A stretch of DNA of 64,000 nucleotides from Tubiluchus corallicola (lineage: Eukaryota; Animalia; Priapulida), in the NCBI GenBank assembly GCA_030141605.1, contig JAQGDQ010000399.1, positions 62,001 to 126,000 on the forward strand, written 5' to 3'. Shown here piece by piece: positions 22,406-47,200 of the stretch (position 1 is the stretch's first letter; each line of letters starts with the position of its first letter). The notes below the pieces were generated by a model. The model did not search any database. It was given only the letters and a program-made list of their open reading frames with translations, and was not told where the DNA came from. The position numbers were made by a program, and so were the translations under genes.

Positions 22406-25355
22406 TATGCTATTGATGCGTTTACAGTTCACTGATTCTCTATATATAAATGATGCTGAAGATGATGTGTTGTTTGCTATGTTGTCTATCAACTGCACTG
22501 ACTATCAATTACGGTCATAACATGCATACTGTAATTAACAAATGTGCTAGGAATACGAACATATAATTTGACAGCGTGAAAGAGTTTTTACAGTTAATAG
22601 CTTTTGATAATTACTGTGATCAGATGTAAAACTTATCTAAATGTCTGTGAAACTTTTTTCAGTTAAACACTATTGCTCCGCTTCATTATCAGCAGCCATA
22701 TAACTACAATGCGTTATGTTTGCAGTATAATGTTTGCCTTTTGTATAACTGAGGTGATAACGGGTATTTCAATAAGTTCTTTCTGCTCACAATGTGGCTT
22801 TAAGTGCTCTGTTTGCTTCTTAAGCTACATTTATTTTTGTAACCTTTTTACAATTGCTCATGCAATCCGCCCATGTTTTATATTACCATAAGTTTTTTCG
22901 TAAGTTTTGGTGATGGCTTCTTAAAGAATTGTTTGTCACCAACAATGTTGGTCTTTTCAATTACAGCCTTGTTAACTATAGTTTTTTTAAAATAAACTTC
23001 TACTCGAGTTGAGCACGTGCATGCATTTTGTTAAGCAACATCACCTAAATTAGTCAGGAATCATTCTTGAAGTCCATGTTTGGTTATTTCCAATTTTGTG
23101 ACTTTGGCTTGCTCTAACGGCAGTTTAGCCTTCTGTATTCTTTTGCTTTAGTTTAACTGTAGTGACCTTAAACTTGTTGATTTTCCTGATTTTATTTCTT
23201 CTATAATATCCTTGTTTCTGTATCGAATTTATAATTAGAGGAGACAAAAATAATTTTCTGCCATCTTTTGTTGAATTTGAACGTAATTAGTAAGAAATTT
23301 CTATTTGTAATTAGTAACATATGTAGCTATATATTTTAAGTAATTTGAAAATCGCAAACATTTATATTTTACTTGTCTGCATGTATATTTTGACATCAGA
23401 ATCAAGTCATTATAACGACAGTTAGGAGCAGCGTTTTTATTCAGCGAAAGTTACTTAATATTGGGTAGCAAGTGGCCACATGCTATTTTGTCATTATTTA
23501 GTTTAGTACAAGAACATTTGTAACAATAACTCTTGTTACTCTTAAAACAAGTTCGTCGTGATTTAGATTAGTGAAGAAGTGTGTGACTTTGTACCGTCTT
23601 TTGTTTCAATATAACACAGCAGAGCTTTGTACAAAATGCCCAAAATGTTACTACATTTATATGATCATGTTTTCTTAGTAATTTTATCGTTATGTATTAC
23701 TCTTTTTTTTGAGGTGATAACTGATAACTCTACGCACCTTTTTATGACTTAAATTATGCTAATTCGTGAAATGTAGAAAATCTGCTAATGTAAACGGCAA
23801 TGCATTGTACTATTTCCGGTACTATTATTATTTGACCAAACTCGAAGCCAGACTTGGTAGTTATTCGAGGCTTAGCATCAAATAAGTGAGCTTGGCAGCT
23901 TTTATAGTATTTAAATTATAAGGCTGATGTAAATATCTGTATGGTTTCTGTGATAAGTATCGTCTGTGTGGAGCTTTTTATTAGCAGATTTGTAAGGCTC
24001 ATAATGGCATTGAAGTCAACCGTTCTTTATCTATCTGTGATTAAATCTTCGAAACAAATATGAATAAAATATTGATTATGCTGACGCTGCTAGGTTATAA
24101 CCTATGCTTACTTTGTAACTTAATGATAAATTTTATTGCATTTTAGGGATTTTCACTAATATTTGCATTTTATTAATTAAAATTTTACCATTTGAATATG
24201 TCATTTTTTTAAATATTTTTTATAGAAAGCTGTTTGCTTGGACCAAATATATCAAAATTACTGTTACTCTTGCCCTCGATCAATGTCATTTGTCCTGGCA
24301 CTTATATGTTATGATAATAAATTTAATATAATATTAACTTATAACTAATTCATGACTGTGTTGTATTTTTTATTGGAAAGATGGCATAATAAATATAAGC
24401 AAACCATGGTTTAATTAGCACCTTGTAGGGTTTGCTCAACACTGAATGGCAGCTGAACAGCTACATTCTGATGAGTCTATACTATTCTACTCGCTATTCT
24501 TGCGGACATTTTAAGTCCAGCTTTTGCAAAATACATAATTATTCTCTCTCGCACAGCTCACCAGAAAATTAGTGATGACATGTACTTGCGTGCAACTGTC
24601 AATAAAATTATTATGGAAAGCTGCATTAATAACTACGAAGTTATTGTTTTAATTTTATACTCTGGTGCATTGTACCTGCAAAATGCATAAACGTAATTAA
24701 TAAATATGAATAAAAGAGGCCGTATTTATCATCTTTGTTAGTATTGCTATCATTATCGCTATCGATGTCATGATAACTACTGTTGTTCTTCCATTGTTCT
24801 TCACATTGTTTCTAATATGTGTTCCGAGCTACGAAAATAAGACCAATTCTGGGTGGCTGTGTAGCACTCATAGGTGTTTTATAAAAAGATATTCAAAAAT
24901 CACTATTGTTCGTGCTGATAATTGTTGTACTTGTTACTGTTTATTTGTTATTGTTGTTGTTCTCTTTAATGTGGTTGTAATTGTCGTCATTTATATTCTC
25001 TGAATCCTCATTGTGGTTGTTGAGTGACCAACTGCAATGATGTAAAGCTAGTGAACTCCAGAAATTTCATGTAAACACAACAATAAACGACGCTTGTTGA
25101 TGTGCTATCTTCTTTTATGTCTTAATAAATTTTGGAGGTTGGAAGCATTATGGCTCAGTAACAGTTTTGGCTTTTTTTGGGTACAATAAGCAAGGTACCA
25201 ACTACTGAGTTGTTTGTTAACAGTTGTCCTTTTACCTTATGCCTAAAGGTCGCACTATTACTTCAAAGTGCTAAGCGTCACGGCACGTTGGTCGTGAATA
25301 ATTCTCTTTAATACGTCAATTTAGCGATTCGTTCTGGAATGAGAGTTCATAGGCA

Positions 25356-25397
25356 ACCGGAAGTTGAAGAGAAACACCGGTTTACGTTTTGGGTTAG
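25356..25397 (+). promoter_or_regulatory. Candidate coronin promoter / non-coding first exon
   Basis: Locally CpG-richer patch with ETS consensus ACCGGAAGT (25356-64) and a donor-like TTAG|GTGATT at 25397/8. The coronin ATG is immediately preceded by an acceptor (27858), so an upstream exon is expected. Confidence 0.3.
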
Positions 25398-27820
25398 GTG
25401 ATTTCGAGTTTTTGTACTAATAAATGTGGATACTACTGTGTTAATTAAAGGTAAATTTTCAATACTAACGTATATCTGTAATGTTTTGTGTATTATGGTA
25501 TTTTCAGTCAATTCTTTAACAGCGTAACCAACGTATGTCGATTTATAATTAGAGAATGTGCAGTCTATCTCGGATGTATGCACAAAATCATGATTGTCTT
25601 TTGGTTATTTTTCTCTAAGACTTTGTAAGGTGGAGTGTCTAAAATCGCCTCACTAAAACGTCTTTAACAATCTTATATGTACAATGCTTTATGTACACTG
25701 AGCACAAAACATTACCCAGAACCTTACTTCTTGCCATTCTAGTGTCAATCATCGAGTCAGTTAGGTGGATTTAGAAGCACATGATTAACACATGGTTGTG
25801 CATCACCTCAACGCAAAGTGCTGTCAAACCTGACATATTCAATTCAATTCAATTTACTTTTATTTGCACAAATACATACAATGTACATTGGCAAAGCAAT
25901 ACACGTTAAATACTACATAAACCGGCTGTGTGCAAAGCTATTTTCATAAACAAATGTTTAGATATGGTATACTGATACTAACATCACAGTTACATAAGAA
26001 TTGTACAACTTAGCAATGGAAAAAGAAAAATGACCTAAAAGTAGTAGGTATCTGTACCAGCTTTTTAAATGAAAGATTATAAAAATAAAATAATGAGAGT
26101 TGAAAAAAAATTTGGTTACAGTCTGCTGCCAAAGTGCCAATTTCTTCTTTCCTAGGAATCGGAGTTGTATGTTGCTAGCAAAGGTTGATTCATGGCTGAG
26201 TGGATAGATGCGCACTCTTTATGTGAGTGGCATATGACTACAATGACGTTAATATACTGCTCTGGGTGGAATAATCCATAAACCTTGGTTGTTCACCTTG
26301 TAAGGGAAGCATGTTTGTACATTTGAATGTGGCTGAGATACTAAGGAATTCTAGTTTAATGGCCCATCTTAGAGGGTATGCTTGATAAGGAACCAAGCTT
26401 CAGTCATACCAGAAACATCTCGTACAGCAGTCCGTGTGTTTGAGTGTGGGATTCCGGCCTGTAGTGTGCTGAATGCTAAAGTATATTAAAAAAATCAACT
26501 AAGCTACTTTGTTTCCTATGGTGGTTTGAAGGTTGAACAAATCTCTCGTAGATTAGCTATAGATAGACGTTAATTACCTAAGTCTACTAAAAACACTCAT
26601 ACGGGGAATATAGCAGCATATACTTAGTTTTGACATTGTTGTTTTAGCAGCTTTCAAAATTATTACATACCTTGAAAATTTGATCTATTTTTATTGTAAT
26701 CATGATAATGTGGGTACGAAAAAGCTGAATGCTTTTGTGCATTGGGTCTTAGAAGTAAGATTTTTAATGTTTATAGCTTTGTTATTTGAAAAGCTTGCAG
26801 TGTGTGCCTATTTTTTGTATCTATTGTATTGTATCAAATTAGCAGTTACGGCTTTCTTTTGCTTATCTTTTGAAAAAAGATTGAAAACAACATTTTACAG
26901 TAATATATGTGCTGTTACTGCAATACAATTTAACTTATCGTCAAAATATTAACGATTTAATTACAGCAAAAAATTTAAGAATCTATTAACAATTGTGCAG
27001 TACAAAAAATTAAATAACCATAACAAAAGCTTGGTATTCATTCTCGAATGACTTGACATCCATTTTATGTACATAATAATAAATAGACATGGATTAATGG
27101 ATAGTTTTTATTCAAATACAAATATTTCGGCACCCATTAGGGGAGCTTTCATCAGTGTAATTAATTGAAAGTAGAATTTACAAGTTTAGAATTTAAAACT
27201 TAACATTAGATTTTAAAATAATCACAATGACATCGAGTACAAAGAGAAAAAATAATGCACTATACTTAGTATAATCTATATAACAGAATCCTAGCAATTA
27301 ATTCATTTTATTCCAACTAGCACCTAATTATTATGTAATAAAGAAATTCCTAGGATAAATTTAGTTGTATAGATTATACTAAGTAAAGTACATTTTCTTT
27401 TCATTGTAGTCTAATATCCCTGTGATTCTAAAGTCGAATTTTAAACTCTGAGTTATAGTTTGCACCCACTATGACTAATGGAGTCCTATTATGCAACTTT
27501 TTTGCATTATACAACCATGCATGCAATATATGTGTGCGATGTACAGCATAACACCTTGGGAGCCCCCATGGTTGCATTATGCAGTGAAAATACTTTGATG
27601 TATTGGTATTTAAGTAAAAATCATCCATTGACCAATTCATATCTGCTTAAAAAACTTAGTGTCTATCCAGCTAATTAAAGTGTCTGCTAAAATGTGTAAT
27701 TTTATTGACAATTAAATTAATATGTCATTGAGACTCAGAAATGAGAGCAATTAGTGTCAAGTTTAGTATTCAAAATCTAATCGGCAAAATATTGGAATCA
27801 TGTGATACCAGTATTGCTGA

Positions 27821-39771
<11,951 letters not shown>

Positions 39772-42339
39772 ATAAACGTGCCCATCACCAAGTAATGTGA
39801 TCTGAGCAGATTTTTGAGTGCTTGATTTTGTATTTATAATGTAATATGATGGGTAATTTGCATAATTCCAGCTGCTGTGTTATTAATAAATCATAGTTAT
39901 ATAGATATTGTTTAGCTATCGTAAATTATTTCCTGCGGAAAAATTCCACTGCCTTCCAACAATGTAATGTTTGCTATTCTGTGTTGTCTGTTATGAAAAT
40001 ATGTAAAGTTTCATCTTATTTTTCTGCCACATTCCCAATTTTTAACTAATTGGTCTTAGTTTTTGACTAATTTTCTCCAAATTTTCATTCAGTTTTTGTT
40101 TAGTAAATTGTGTTCTGATGCTGGTGTTAGGTGCCACATCGTCTTTAAATTCTGTTCTGTGCTTCTCTTAAAAGATAATTTTCTATACAATACACATAAT
40201 ATGTAAGGAACATGTGTAGCTTATGTAAAATATTAATTTTTGTTTGTTTTGAGATTCAGTAACCATCTTAAATCAGACAACAATCAATATTTCTAACTAA
40301 ATAATATAATCTAATTTGTACCAGAAACTGGTCGGCCAGAAAAGCGATACCTTATTATCCAGTTTTAAGGAAATGTTTTTTGTGAAGTAAAATTTTTTAG
40401 TATGACAGTGTTCCAACAAATTTTGTGCAGACATGTCTATGTTTTTTCTGTTTGTTCGCTGATATTTTGTAATGTCTATTTATTTTAGATAAATTCCATC
40501 TAAAGTGATATTAAATTTAATGTAATTGACTTTTTCAGCTTATTGAACAATACTTTTCATGGCAGTGTATTTTACATTCCTCTGTTTTTAGGTTTTATTC
40601 TGAAGTATAATTGGTTTGTTATCTAAGGTATGTTGATTGCCTTGTAAGTGGATTTCTTTTGGTGCTGAGTTAATGTATACAGCAAACGCTTATTTGGAAC
40701 ATAAAGTTAATGGGGCTTAATTTCACTTTGCGTTAAATTTTAAAGATGTGTTTTGTCAACGAGGTGGCGCCACATGCTTTGCACAGTTTTCCTTGTCCTG
40801 GCGCAAAACCTCTAAAGTTACTACTGAGCAAGAGAAATCAATTTATCATTAAGTTGTTATTTCTTGCAATTGCAATGGTGGTTGCATAGATCTCGTTAGC
40901 TATTGTCCATGCTAAATGCTTGCATAACATAGAGGTGTTACAGCTTATAGCAGTCAGACTGTTCAATGTGCATTTATTTAAAGAATTTGCTCATATTGTC
41001 CATTAAACAAGTTGTTACGTTCATGCTATAAATGCTTGGTAGCTATGTTCTCGTTTTTGTTAGTTTGGTGGAAAATGTTAGCTGACGATAAAACTAAACT
41101 GTGATCTCTGTCAGGATTCCGTTGCACAACGAAAACTGTGATTTTATGTATCATTTACACATTCCTGCATTGATGTACTAGCAATTTGCACATCCATTTT
41201 TACGTGAATGGCTCCAACGTGTGATTTCGTATGCATTGCTACATCTTTGCAATTTGGAAAACCTTGTAATAAAAACTGAGTGTAAGACTAGAATTAAGAC
41301 TTGGCCTACTAATATTTCCATTGTACAGTATGGATTAGACTTGTGAAGCTGACTTTAACTTATGTAAAATAATTAGCTGGAAAAACAGCTTCTTTGAATT
41401 TTTGTATATGTGTATTACGTGTAGGTATCTGCTAAATTCATTAGAGCTTCCAGACTGAAAATTTTGTTGCTGTTGTTGTTGTTGTTATATGTTGTTTAGT
41501 TATGTAAGTGATTGTTTATTTTGTTGTTTATACCGTTAGACAACTGTGACAGTGTTTTTTTACATCCGTTCTTATTTATAAAAAATCAGAGGCGTTGGCG
41601 TCTGACTCCTCTGCATTATAGTGTGTACATGAGCTGCTGACAATATAAACAAATGTAATGTTTCTGTTTGCAATGGTTACGTACGAGTACTGTGGTATTG
41701 TTCCCCACTTTAACTAAGTAAGTGGGCCACCTTTTATCTGTTTCCTCAAGGCTGTATGTAGTATGTACATGTAAATTTTACTAATTAAATAGCATCAACT
41801 GAATTAGCTTACGGCTTGTATTTAACTGTACTAGGTCATGACTTGTGACATTTAGAACTTGCAATTTTTTTCTGATCTTATTCACTTGAATATCGTAACA
41901 CATAATATGGAAAGAATAAAGATCACTAGTAATTTGTATAATTTTCAAACATGAAATAAAATTAGTGTCATCTATTTAATTGTAATTTTATGCTAATCTT
42001 GTGCATTGTTACTGCTATACCTCCAGACAAGACAACTTTATACTTCCAACAGTTGCATTTCTTTTATCTACCAAGACAAACCTTTGATGTCACAAAGTAA
42101 CGTTCTTCCAACTAAGTATCAAAGCAAATTCAATTGGTATTACTTTACTGTGTTCTACATTTTAAGTTCCTAAGTTATGAGTGCTGCATACATGTATATA
42201 TAATTTCCTCATAGTGTGTTACTTAGGCAAGCGTGAAATTTACATCTTTATTTTATCTCTCTTCCCAGTCCAAAAGTTTTTCTACCACATAGAGCCTCAT
42301 TAACATTAATTTTGGTAATGTTAGTTCACGCACTAAAAT

Positions 42340-43008
42340 GGGTAAAATTTCTAACATGTATGTGAAAACATAGTCATAGACAGTCTGACCATTAAGATTA
42401 AATCTATGCTGCAAAAAATCAGTACCCTTCCAAATTTACTAAGTCTATAGAAAGACAAGAAACCAGTACAGAAAGATTGTCAAAAAACCATCGCAACTTA
42501 AGCCTGATGGTACTTTGGTTCTTCCATTTGTGAATGACTCCACTTAGGCTAAAATTCGCAAAATTGTGAAAAATCAGCAAATGAACACGAGTAACTTTTC
42601 GAAACAACAAAAGCTTAAAAAACAAACTTTGAGGTCTGCTTTACAATGTGCTCTATGTCCTGCAAGCAAACGTGCCCCTTGCATAGTTTGCCTTTCAGGA
42701 CTAGATGGGCGTTGCACTAGAAAAAACGTTGTTTACAAACTGCACTGTTGTCTGCCAGGAATTGTACATCGGGCAAACCAAACAACCTGTTATAGATCGT
42801 CTCATGGAGTATATATGAATCTGTAAAACACACTAGTGCTTCCCCCTGGGAAGAACGTTATAAAAAACCACCGACTCTTTGCCATCACCCCATTTAATGT
42901 GTCTATTTTATTTAGAGCTAAGATCATGTAGAAAGATTATTGGCTGAAACAGAACTGATTAAAAAATACAAACCTGTGATCAATATTGATAAGGGTTGGC
43001 AATTTTAG
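42340..43008 (+). mobile_element. Penelope-like retroelement fragment (GIY-YIG endonuclease region), decayed
   Basis: CTRKNVVYKLHC then, after a frameshift, CQELYIGQTKQPVIDRLMEY, and terminal LAETELIKKYKPVINIDKGW; upstream NQYPSKF thumb-like motif. Confidence 0.8.
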
Positions 43009-43091
43009 AGATTTATGGTCATTTTGACTTCTTTTACAATTATGACCATGACAAGTCTCAGAAGAGCACTATCTTATTTTCAAGCTGCTTA

Positions 43092-43275
43092 CAGTCAAAT
43101 CTCTTTATAACACCCACTCTGGGACTCCAGAAAAAATTGGCATTAAGGGAGTTTGACGTTAGTTACAATAATACATGCATGTCTAATGCAAATACAGACA
43201 TTTTGTTCTGTCAAAAATTTAGGGGTTAAGTGAGGTTGGCATTATAAATGGTGGCATTGTTACGAGGTTTGACTG
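43092..43275. mobile_element. Tc1/mariner (pogo/Tigger-like) MITE
   Basis: TA|CAGTCAAATCTC ... GAGGTTTGACTG|TA: TIRs with TA target duplication, 184 bp. Confidence 0.8.
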
Positions 43276-44244
43276 TATTTAAGTTAAGCCTGCTGGGTTT
43301 ATTATCAATTCTGATATTAAATAAATATGTTTACCGAACATATATACATAAAGGTCAACAAAATGAAAATTGTAGTAGAAAATAAAGAATTTATTTTCTA
43401 AATTGGACCACCATGTAAATACTTAACAGCCTTCTAATAACATCTATACCGCAACACTGGTATCAAATTACAAGTTAACAATGATCTGTATACTTTGAGT
43501 CAACATGATTTTTCTAATGATCTATTTCTCACTATATAAAATGCGCTCGATGATTGTAACAGCAAAAGCTTAATATGATTACACCATATATATTAAAGAG
43601 CCATCGTATTCCAGAAAGTATTCAAAGGTGCCCATTATTTCTAGAATCATAATTTTAATTTCTGTTTAAAAAGAGTAAAGCACTTGTTATGATTTAAACC
43701 AAAACAACAAACAACAACAAAATCACAAGCTGAAATCACAACAACAGAATGTAAACCGAACCCTTTAAATTGCCATTTTACATAATTTTCATAATGATTA
43801 AAACAACAACTGGTTAATCAAAATTTAATCATTACGAAAATTGGGAAAAGATCAATATGTAGCTTCATTGTGAATATAAATTCCAGTTTATCACCCGCTA
43901 TTAATGGCATTTTCATTGTGAACTATCCGTAAACGTTTATTGAGCGTAGATGATCGTTTTGACTATTATAAATGACAGAGTCATTTTCAATACTATAAAT
44001 CAAGATTGAAGGTAGTGGCGGTGCAGAAGATAACTGTAATAATCGATACAAACCCTCTTCGCTCAATAAACATGTTGATTCCTAGAGGATGGCTCTTTCA
44101 TGTCTCGCAAATGTTATCACAATTTGTGTTAAATAGACTTTACTCTATCTTGTTGTAGTACTAGTGCATCTGTCTGTCCTACTTATTACAGCATATATCA
44201 GTAAAGAGCTACTCAACAGTTATCAGCTATTGATGATAAGTTAG

Positions 44245-47200
44245 TTAATACTGATGCTGTGCAACAAAGAGAGACTGCTGCCCAGCGGCGCTGTCCGCCC
44301 CACCACCGTATTTGCCAAGTGTGGCAGCACCATTTGCCTGAAATTACAAGAAAAATTTCAAATACTAAGTTAACTATATATCATAACAGAAACAGCTCCA
44401 CATGACTAATAAACTGAAACATTATTGCATTTTTTCTTTTCTTTTTGTTATCTGAATTTTTTTTTAATAATTTGACAATGATATCCAAAAAAGCCAAAAC
44501 TTTCTAGGGCATAATTTGGCCCCTTGCACTCCATTTTATATTCATTTTTGTTAAATGGTTGGCAGGTTTGAATGCTACTAAAATCTAAATCTACTAAAAC
44601 TTCGTAAACCTTCGGATATTACGAAAGTCAATACAATCGACGAAAACGAAACTGAACCGAAAGTGGAATTATCGGTAATAACTCCTATAAATGTTTATAA
44701 AGCCGTCACTAGTGCAGTACAGTTGCCCTGAGGAGATCGACATTCATGGAGATCTGACATCATAAAATATTTATATTCTGCATTAACACAAATTGTAACT
44801 TCAGCTTAAAATTATACCACATCTCTGTAAAAAACATAGCCAATGTCATATAAAGTTTCAGAAATATTTCAAGTCAATTCCGGACATAGACAGACTCACA
44901 ACACTTGTTGGACTTACTTTCAGGTTTAAATTAAAACGTGCTAATGACTGTTGTATGATAGCAGGTGATAACTTGCTACTAATGAGTCATGATTCGTTTG
45001 GACTGTAATTCAATTATAGCATATTGTACTTTTACGTGTGGCTCTGACCCATGCTCTGACACATGTACAGAAAGACCGAACCAATAACAGTATGGCTACC
45101 CACTCAGCAAAGGTAACTATAAAACTAGCATATTAATAAACTGTTATTGCAAAATAACGACACAAATAAAACCTATCACAGTTGTTACCTTAGCTCTTTT
45201 TCCAAATTCTGTTTGTCCTGTCTTCACGTTTTCTTTCTTGCCGCCCCATGCTTTCAGAGCAGATGCTTGGAGAGCGCGCCCAAAGCTGAACGACAATGCC
45301 CATGGCTTCCTGCCTGGAATATTATTCATGGCGCTCAGATTGACCGAAGCTTCTTCCTCAGACTGACCACCAGATAAAAACACAATGCCTAGGGAAATTG
45401 AAAATTCTTTGATTAATATAAAATGAAATCTAGTGAACTGAAAAATCAATAAGCAATGTGGATGTCAAGACTGCTTATTCACTGTGCTTATTCTGCCAGA
45501 AGCAGTAGGATAGGTTGTTAAACATCTGTGACTGCCTGCTTTGTTTGCAGCTTGGATTTTAGATTTTTGCTTGGACGGAATCCACAAATGCTCACCTGGA
45601 AAACGAGCATTCTACTATTGAGCAATTAGTTGACAAAATTAAACAAATTTAATTGTTATCTTATAGTATTAGACGGTTTAGTATCAGCATTTAGTAGTTG
45701 GAAATGCTAAACATGTAAAACGACAACTGTACAAATATAATGGTACAAAAACGTACCAGGTACAGCAGCTGGTACAGTGCGCTGCAATGCCGTGACAGTA
45801 GCACGTCCGATCTCCTGCGGAGTTGCACGTTTCTCACAGCTCATGCCTGGAGTGCACATGTTCGGTTTCAGCAGAGTTCCCTCCAAGTAAATGTTGTGGT
45901 CCATTAGCGCTTTGTACTGTGCTGACAAAACCTGAGCAAAATAGAAACATTTCCTTACTAGCTACTCCATATTATGACAAAAGATGCACTTGATAAAATT
46001 ACATACTTTGTTAAAAGCAGATGTAAAAAATTATCACAAGTTGTAATTACAGTAACAAATAAGTACCCATTACACAATCAAGCCTTCCATTCGGGCTCTG
46101 CTGTGTGCTTCGCATGCATGTATATTTTTATAGGCTTCGGAATCAAAAGCTACATTCAACTGCATGAAGAAATGGCAGAGAAGCAATTTTGAATAGGGAG
46201 AGGGGTTATCTCAAAAAAGTACCACTAAAAGGAAGTAAGTAGAGAAAAACTGTCCATTACTGTATCAGCAGTTCCACAGTGTACCTGCCGTATCGTGATC
46301 TGATCGCTTATTATGAAGCCTTAGCACTTTTTATGAAGTGTGTGCAGCAAGAACAATGCGAGTAACTAAGTACTTAGCACTGACCTACAACCAATGCAAA
46401 AAATACATTAGTGTAACTTCACAAGTTCCCAATTACCAGCTACTAGATTTTAAAAGCTTTTCCAGAACTTAAAAACTGCACAATACACAGCACTAGAAAA
46501 TTACACTGTATTAATTTATGGGTACACGTTGCAAGCTGTAGAAAATATGCAATGCCACAAAAAAGGTGTCCATAAGGTCTCTAAACATTACTAGACAACT
46601 TATTATTAAAATCAACTTCGAAAACCATGCAGGCCTTGGATACAGATACGGTGGAGCAGACATGTTTTAATAGTTAACAATCAAATCTGATGAAATTACA
46701 TCCTTAATGATTTGCGTTACCGCAAAATCTGACTTACAAGTTCGGTAACTCGTTGACTGGTCTCAAGATCATGATCTCCATCGGGCAAGATCTCTGGCTC
46801 GACTATTGGTACAATACCATTCTGCTGACAGATGGACGCATATCTGGCCAACACGTTTGCATTCTCCATAATTGCCAGCTGTGTAGGTTGGTTCTTACCG
46901 ATCTTTAAGACACACCTCCACTTTGCGAACTGAGCACCATCTTTCTTGTACTGAATGCATCGCTCTGCCAAGCCATCCAAACCTGTAATTATGTCACAAT
47001 GACAAATATACATGAAGCAGGATGACCTCTTCCAGATAGGATTTAAAACGAATACACTGCTTGTCCTACTGGAACCTAGTCCATACAGAGTCCAGTTTGT
47101 GTGTACTCAGCACAGTAGAACAATCTACTGATTACACAGTACAGATCGGTCTGCATGGATCCTTACCTACAAGAACCTAGTCCTTGGCATACAGAAGTTT

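Noticed and set aside
22403-22435. Stop-codon readthrough or selenocysteine at the SHIP2 TGA
   Set aside because: The TGA falls at the expected end of the SAM domain, the context is not TGA-CTAG, another TGA follows within 10 codons, and no SECIS was recognised.
44695-44727. Possible alternative last exon of aldolase (CAG|[10 protein letters not shown]), by analogy with Drosophila alternative terminal exons
   Set aside because: Weak polypyrimidine tract, only 10 codons, no C-terminal Tyr and little similarity to the true last exon; likely chance.
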